A stretch of DNA of 54,570 nt from Bacilli bacterium (lineage in GTDB: Bacteria > Bacillota_I > Bacilli_A > RFN20 > CAG-826). The notes under the pieces are model-generated. The model saw nothing but the letters and a program-made list of their open reading frames with translations. It did not search any database and was not told where the DNA came from. Both the position numbers and the translations under genes were made by a program. This document shows, piece by piece, positions 49,628 through 54,570 of the stretch; the first letter of the stretch is position 1, and each line of letters opens with the position of its first letter. The stretch lies in NCBI GenBank assembly GCA_045601085.1, contig JAZRZD010000034.1:1-54570 (forward strand), read 5' to 3'.

Positions 49628-50203
49628 TTATTCTTTTGAAGAGTTATCTTTGCTACTTAGTTTTTTAATGCCATCAATAAGAACCAACACTCCAATGCCA
49701 AATACGATAATACTTAAGACAATGAAGAGGAAGACTCTTAATCCAGCTTCAGCATTGAATACTAATAATAAAATGCCTAATGTGATAGCGACTGCAGCAA
49801 CGATAAACGCCGCAATAATCCAACTTTTCTTATCTTTGTAGATAACAGAGACAATGCCTTTAATTAATGCGGTGCCACCAACAACACAAAGTAAGATACC
49901 AAAGAATAAAATAATTACCTCACTAAGTAATCCTGGAGCAATACAAAGTAATACTCCAATTGCAATGACAAATGCTGCATATGCAAATGTTCCTGAGAAG
50001 AACGCTCTTTCTTCTAAGAAGAGACCCGCAAAAATAGTTAATGCCCCTGCAAAGAATAAGATGACTGCAGCAATTATTGAGAATGCTGTTTGTAAGGCTT
50101 CAATGTCCATTATTGCTAAGATAAAAATAAGAATACCAGCAGCAAGTAATAATGTTGCAACAACAAGTTTAAGCCATGAGTATTTTTTAAATAATTCGCC
50201 CAT
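49628..50203 (-). CDS. Polytopic membrane protein, possibly DUF308/HdeD-like
   Basis: 191 aa, ~6 TM segments with repeated G-x-x-x-I/L-rich helices. RBS GGAGG on the minus strand. Family assignment by eye only. Confidence 0.45.
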   Translation of the reverse strand: MGELFKKYSWLKLVVATLLLAAGILIFILAIMDIEALQTAFSIIAAVILFFAGALTIFAGLFLEERAFFSGTFAYAAFVIAIGVLLCIAPGLLSEVIILFFGILLCVVGGTALIKGIVSVIYKDKKSWIIAAFIVAAVAITLGILLLVFNAEAGLRVFLFIVLSIIVFGIGVLVLIDGIKKLSSKDNSSKE

Positions 50204-50296
50204 ACAATTTCCTCCTTTATGTGATAAGTATAATTCATTGTTTTAATTTAATGAAATATATATAATGTAAGTAAATTTTTTAAAAGGAGACTTTCT

Positions 50297-51526
50297 ATGA
50301 ATAGAAAAGAACAATTGCAAGAATATGCTAATCTTTTAGCAAATAAAGGTATTGCAGTAAAAAAAGGCGAAGAAGTCTGGATTGAAGCTGAACTTGATCA
50401 ACCAGAATTTGTCGCTATGGTAGTGGAAGCTTGTTATAAAGCTGGTGCTAAAAAAGTAGTGGTTAGATGGAGTTATGACAAATTAGCTAAATTACATTAC
50501 AAATATCAAAGTGTTGGTTCATTATCTAAGATTCCACCATATGAATTAGCCAAATATAAATATATGTCTAAGAAATTCCCATCTAGACTTTATATTATGA
50601 GTGAAGATCCAGACGCTATGAAAGGTGTCAATATGATGAAAGTTGCTAAATGCAGAATGAAATCATATCCAAAAATCAAACCTTTTGTTGATAAATGTGA
50701 TGGTAACTATAAATGGTGTATTGCTGGAGTTCCTGGCAAAGCTTGGGCTAAAAAAGTATTTCCAAAATTACCAGAAGATGAAGCCATTGAGAAATTATGG
50801 GACGCTATTTTATTAACATCACGTGTTGATGAAAATGGTGCAGTAAATAACTGGAATAATCATAACGCTGACTTAAAAGCAAAAAGAGAAAAACTTGGTA
50901 GTTTAAATCTTCAATATCTTGAATATAAAGCAAGTAATGGCACCGATTTCAAAGTTGAATTAATTAAAGGAATTAACTGGGGTGCTGGTGAAGAAATTGA
51001 TTCTCAAGGTCGTGATTTCAATCCAAATATTCCAAGTGAAGAAGTCTTCACTTCTCCATTAGCAGGAAGCTGTGAAGGTAAATTAGTTGCTTCTTTACCA
51101 CTTTCATATAATGGACAATTAATTGAAGATTTCTATATTTGCTTTAAAAATGGTAAAGTTAGTGAGGTTTTTGCAAAGAAAAACCAACCATTATTAGAAC
51201 AAATGGTGAAGATGGATGAAGGCGCTGCAATGTTAGGTGAAGTTGCCTTAGTTCCATTCTCTTCTCCAATTAATAAATCAGGTATTTTATTCTTCAATAC
51301 CTTGTATGATGAAAATGCAGTTTGCCACGTTGCTTTAGGTGCAGGATTTAAAGATTGTTTACCTAATGGTGGAAGTATTACTCCAGAAGAAGCAAAGAAA
51401 ATGGGAATCAATGATTCCATGATTCACGTTGACTTCATGGTGGGCACAAAAGATTTAAGTATTGTAGGCATTGACTATAATGGTAAACGCACACAATTAT
51501 TTAAAGATGGCGAATGGGCTTTCTAA
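50297..51526 (+). CDS. Aminopeptidase, M29 family (AmpS/PepS-like)
   Basis: N-terminal LQEYANLLANKGIAVKKGEEVWI typical of aminopeptidase T/II. 409 aa. RBS AAGGAG. Confidence 0.8.
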   Translation: MNRKEQLQEYANLLANKGIAVKKGEEVWIEAELDQPEFVAMVVEACYKAGAKKVVVRWSYDKLAKLHYKYQSVGSLSKIPPYELAKYKYMSKKFPSRLYIMSEDPDAMKGVNMMKVAKCRMKSYPKIKPFVDKCDGNYKWCIAGVPGKAWAKKVFPKLPEDEAIEKLWDAILLTSRVDENGAVNNWNNHNADLKAKREKLGSLNLQYLEYKASNGTDFKVELIKGINWGAGEEIDSQGRDFNPNIPSEEVFTSPLAGSCEGKLVASLPLSYNGQLIEDFYICFKNGKVSEVFAKKNQPLLEQMVKMDEGAAMLGEVALVPFSSPINKSGILFFNTLYDENAVCHVALGAGFKDCLPNGGSITPEEAKKMGINDSMIHVDFMVGTKDLSIVGIDYNGKRTQLFKDGEWAF

Positions 51527-51546
51527 TTAAGTAATAAAACAAAAAT

Positions 51547-51580
51547 AAGGACTAGTGGATTTTTCCATTAGTCCTTTTCT
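51547..51580. terminator. Bidirectional rho-independent terminator between the aminopeptidase gene (+) and the yolD-like/Y-family polymerase operon (-)
   Basis: 13-bp stem AAGGACTAGTGGA/TCCATTAGTCCTT (one G:U) with a T-run. The stop codon of the yolD-like gene lies within the 3' arm. Confidence 0.75.
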
Positions 51581-51882
51581 TTTAAATATAAAACATCAAT
51601 AAAATTTATTTTTAAGTTTTCTTCTAAAACAAGCACTCGATTATAGATATCGATTTTAATAATCTTAGAATCAACAAATTTAATATAACCAGATTTGAAA
51701 TATTTAACTGTTAATACTTGTCCATGATAATTAGTGAGCACTTCATTAATTTCTTCTGCTACTTCATTTGATATTACTGGGCGTTCTATTTTATTTCTTT
51801 CTTTACGCATTTCAATAATCTTTGGATCATGTTCTGGTAATGATTTATAAGGCGCCCATTTCTTCATGCCTCTATCACTCAT
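51568..51882 (-). CDS. YolD-like protein (accessory partner of Y-family polymerases)
   Basis: 104 aa, N-terminal MSDRGMKKWAPYKSLPEH. Overlaps the upstream Y-family polymerase gene by 4 nt. Confidence 0.6.
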   Translation of the reverse strand: MSDRGMKKWAPYKSLPEHDPKIIEMRKERNKIERPVISNEVAEEINEVLTNYHGQVLTVKYFKSGYIKFVDSKIIKIDIYNRVLVLEENLKINFIDVLYLKEKD

Positions 51883-53126
51883 TTTCTATGTCCTCCAATT
51901 AAATTATGTCTATCATTTGCAGTACTTTCTTCTAGTAACGCACTTGCTCTAGTTAATAGGTTTTTGCCATATTTTTTGTGAATAAAATCAATCATTTTTT
52001 GTAAGTTTCTTTTATCTTCTAAATTTCCATCTTCAAATAAAGTTAACTGTTCATAATCTTTAACATTAGAGAGTTTGCCATAATAGATACTTATTCTTCT
52101 AACTGGTAAGTCGATAATGTATTGATTATATATACTCATAATAGTTTGATAAAGTTTCTCATTATCATCAGTAGGATTAATTAATGACACTTGTCTTCCA
52201 AATCCGCCTTGATTAGATGCATAACCAATATATAAACCAACAAGTTCTGTTAATTTATTTTCATCACGCATTCTTTCTCCTAGGTCATCACTCATTTCTT
52301 TTAATAATAGTGGTACTTCTTTAATGGAATAGTTTCTAGGTAGAGTTTGTCCAACAGTTAAAGAAGTTTCTTCTGGAACATATTTCTCATGAATGTCCGC
52401 TTCATCAATACCATTTGCGTGCGCTACTAGTTGTTCTCCAATAATTCCTAATTTAGATTTAATAAACATTGGATCTGCATTTGCAAGGTCACCCATTGAA
52501 TATATTCCTAGCTTATTAAGTCTAGCGTTTAAGCCATGACCTATACCCCAAATATCAGTTAATGGTTGGATTGGCCATAATTTCTTTTTAACGTCTTTTT
52601 GATGCATTATCGCAATGCCATCTTTTTCTTTTTTAGCGTATATATCAAGTGCGACTTTCGCTAAAAAGAAATTATCTCCTATTCCTGCAGTAGCCTGTAA
52701 ACCAGTTTCTTCTTTTACCTTATTTAATATATCTTTAACTATTTCAATACCGGTTTTCTTGTAATAGCTAAGATAACTAGTTAAATCAATAAATGCCTCA
52801 TCTATTGAATAAACATGGATATCTTCTTCAGACACAAAATCAAGCATTATTGATATAACTTCTGAGCTCTTTTCAATGTATCTAGACATTCTAGGAGTCG
52901 CGTATATATAGTTAAACTTCTTTGGTAATTCTTTTAGTCTACATCTAGAAGGAATTCCATGACTTTTTAAATATGGAGTAACACTTAAAACAATTGTGTT
53001 AACGCTTCGTGATACATCAGCGACCACTAAAGGGGTAGTCCATGGATCAAGCCCTCTATCAACACATTCAACAGAGGCATAAAAAGCTTTTAAATCAATA
53101 ACTGCAATTGTTCTAACCTTTTCCAT
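51879..53126 (-). CDS. Y-family translesion DNA polymerase (UmuC/DinB/UvrX-like)
   Basis: N-terminal IAVIDLKAFYASVECV (catalytic Asp), palm/finger motifs, IWGIGHG (HhH). 415 aa. Confidence 0.85.
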   Translation of the reverse strand: MEKVRTIAVIDLKAFYASVECVDRGLDPWTTPLVVADVSRSVNTIVLSVTPYLKSHGIPSRCRLKELPKKFNYIYATPRMSRYIEKSSEVISIMLDFVSEEDIHVYSIDEAFIDLTSYLSYYKKTGIEIVKDILNKVKEETGLQATAGIGDNFFLAKVALDIYAKKEKDGIAIMHQKDVKKKLWPIQPLTDIWGIGHGLNARLNKLGIYSMGDLANADPMFIKSKLGIIGEQLVAHANGIDEADIHEKYVPEETSLTVGQTLPRNYSIKEVPLLLKEMSDDLGERMRDENKLTELVGLYIGYASNQGGFGRQVSLINPTDDNEKLYQTIMSIYNQYIIDLPVRRISIYYGKLSNVKDYEQLTLFEDGNLEDKRNLQKMIDFIHKKYGKNLLTRASALLEESTANDRHNLIGGHRK

Positions 53127-53200
53127 ATTGGACTTTTATTATATGAGATTTTATTAGAATAATTAACATAAAACATACAAAGTTTTTATATAATAAACTT

Positions 53201-54316
53201 ATGCTTGAGAAATTTACTGATAACAACACAATTGTTAATCTTTCTAACTCTATTTTGCGTCATTTTGGAGTTAATACCTTTCATAATACTATTCCAGAAA
53301 TAGATGATGTTTTAGGTGACCACAAAAAAGTAGTAGTTCTTCTTTTTGATGGTCTTGGTAAACATATTATAGATAAGCATCTTAGAGGAGATGCTTGGAT
53401 GAGAAAGCATTATGTAACTACTATTAACGCTACATTCCCTCCTACAACAGTAGCCTCTACCACTGGAATAAGAAGCGCTAAGTACCCTATAGAAACAGGA
53501 TGGCTTGCCTGGGCAGTATATTTAGAGGAATATAATGCAAATATTTCTTGTTTTTTAAATCAAAGAATAAGAGACAAACAAATAGTGCAAGACCTTAAAT
53601 ATAACATCATGTCTCAAGTTTGTAGTTATACGAATGTGACTGATTTAATTAAATCAAATGGTCACACTAATGCGATAGAAATAATGCAATATCCATGTTT
53701 TAAAGATGGACCTAAAACATTAAAGAAAGCAAAAGATAGATTAGATAAATTTTTATATGACAATGATGATTGTTATTGTTATTTCTATTGGACTGAACCA
53801 GATGACAAGATGCATGAATATGGGACAAACTCATTTGAAGTTAGATATGAAATAGAAAAGATTAATAAATTTGTTAATAAATTATGTAAAGATCATCCAG
53901 ATACTTTATTTATTTCTCTTGCAGACCATGGCCAAGTGAATATTGAATACCTAGATATATGTGAACATAAAGATTTATATAGTTTATTAAGACATGAATG
54001 TGGTTTAGAAATTAGAACCACTGCTTATTATGTTCAACCTGGAAAAGAATCCCTTTTTGAAGAGTTATTCAACAAATATTATGGGCAATACTTTAACTTG
54101 TTGTCACAAAAAGAAGTATTAGACATGAATTTATTTGGTGAAGGAGAATTACATAATAGATCAATAGATTTTATTGGTGATTTTGTAAGTATTGCGATAG
54201 ATAAATACGCTTTATATTCAAGTAAAGACCATGACAAGATGCAATTTGTAATTGGCCATCATGCTGGATATACAGTTGATGAGATGGAAATCGCTGTTTC
54301 CGTATATAACAAGTAA
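53201..54316 (+). CDS. Alkaline-phosphatase-superfamily protein (nucleotide pyrophosphatase/phosphodiesterase-like, Thr nucleophile)
   Basis: Metal-site motif VVLLFDGLG and nucleophile-region motif TFPPTTVASTTGI…GW resembling NPP-type enzymes. 371 aa. No SD upstream. Confidence 0.6.
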   Translation: MLEKFTDNNTIVNLSNSILRHFGVNTFHNTIPEIDDVLGDHKKVVVLLFDGLGKHIIDKHLRGDAWMRKHYVTTINATFPPTTVASTTGIRSAKYPIETGWLAWAVYLEEYNANISCFLNQRIRDKQIVQDLKYNIMSQVCSYTNVTDLIKSNGHTNAIEIMQYPCFKDGPKTLKKAKDRLDKFLYDNDDCYCYFYWTEPDDKMHEYGTNSFEVRYEIEKINKFVNKLCKDHPDTLFISLADHGQVNIEYLDICEHKDLYSLLRHECGLEIRTTAYYVQPGKESLFEELFNKYYGQYFNLLSQKEVLDMNLFGEGELHNRSIDFIGDFVSIAIDKYALYSSKDHDKMQFVIGHHAGYTVDEMEIAVSVYNK

Positions 54317-54324
54317 AGTTATTA

Positions 54325-54346
54325 TTAACACTACATTAAATGTTGA
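54325..54346 (+). promoter_or_regulatory. Putative promoter for the tRNA gene (TTAACA-16-TATAAT)
   Basis: Hexamers with 16-nt spacing. The -10 lies ~20 nt upstream of the tRNA 5' end. Confidence 0.4.
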
Positions 54347-54366
54347 TATAATTTTTCTTGTCCTTT

Positions 54367-54442
54367 GGGTCTGTAGCTCATCTGGAAGAGTGCATCGTTC
54401 GCAACGATGAGGCAGCGAGTTCGATCCTCGTCAGATCCACCA
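54367..54442 (+). tRNA. tRNA-Ala, anticodon CGC (encoded CCA end)
   Basis: Folds by hand to 76 nt: acceptor GGGTCTG/CAGATCC with the G3:U70 Ala identity pair, D-arm GCTCATCTGGAAGAGT, anticodon stem CATCG/CGATG with loop TTCGCAA, T-arm GCGAGTTCGATCCTCGT, then ACCA. Confidence 0.8.
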
Positions 54443-54454
54443 AAATAACACTCT

Positions 54455-54496
54455 AACTTTGATACAATGGATAGTTGGTCAAAGTTTTCTTTTTAT
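54455..54496 (+). terminator. Rho-independent terminator downstream of the tRNA
   Basis: 8-bp inverted repeat AACTTTGA…TCAAAGTT (16-nt loop) followed by TTCTTTTT. Confidence 0.5.
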
Positions 54497-54536
54497 GCGA
54501 AAAACTAAAGAAAATAACAATATTTGAATAATCTAG

Positions 54537-54559
54537 AGGTGCTGTAGAGCATCTTTTTT
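54537..54559 (+). terminator. Second tandem hairpin plus T-run (terminator or 3' end of a short transcript)
   Basis: AGGTGCT-gtag-AGCATCT (one G:U) followed by TTTTTT. Confidence 0.4.
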
Positions 54560-54570
54560 ACTTTGCTTAT

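Noticed and set aside
53127-53200. LexA/Cheo box (GAAC-N4-GTTC) upstream of the Y-family polymerase operon
   Set aside because: Read on both strands with no match. Only AT-rich promoter-like sequence is present.
53201-54316. Possibility that the alkaline-phosphatase-family protein is a PglZ (BREX) defence component
   Set aside because: At 371 aa it is far smaller than PglZ proteins. There are no brx/pgl neighbours (methyltransferase, ATPase). Motifs fit the NPP/phosphodiesterase type better.
1-54570. Mobile element / genomic island or Mycoplasma-type genetic code (UGA=Trp)
   Set aside because: No integrase, transposase, phage or conjugation genes, and no flanking direct repeats were seen. 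Trp is encoded by TGG throughout, all long ORFs terminate cleanly, and the prfB UGA recoding site implies UGA functions as a stop.

Overview
This is a low-GC (~30%) bacterial chromosomal window with Bacilli-like gene order, consistent with an Erysipelotrichia or Acholeplasma-like Firmicutes/Tenericutes relative. The genetic code is standard: Trp is TGG, and UGA is a stop, as the prfB recoding site shows. The content is mostly housekeeping: tatD-rnmV-rsmA-ispE-glmU, ppdK, rsmI-yaaT-holB-tmk-recR-ybaB-dnaX on the minus strand, prfA-prmC/tsaC-rpiB, comFA-comFC, secA-prfB (with the programmed +1 frameshift), uvrB, secG, typA, an M29 aminopeptidase, a Y-family polymerase/YolD pair and one tRNA-Ala. 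Interspersed are poorly characterised modules. These are a membrane-tethered XRE regulator divergent from two exported hypothetical proteins (314 and 941 aa); an FAD-dehydrogenase/CofE-like/FGGY-kinase operon; a MarR-regulated heterodimeric ABC exporter; a neighbourhood with two ATP-grasp ligases, a transglutaminase-like lipoprotein and an SPFH/zinc-ribbon protein; and a fused double-DUF1538 membrane protein followed by two PII-like proteins. No CRISPR array, transposase or integrase was seen. Six clear rho-independent terminators, mostly bidirectional, delimit transcription units. Coordinates of non-coding features are approximate (about ±2 nt).
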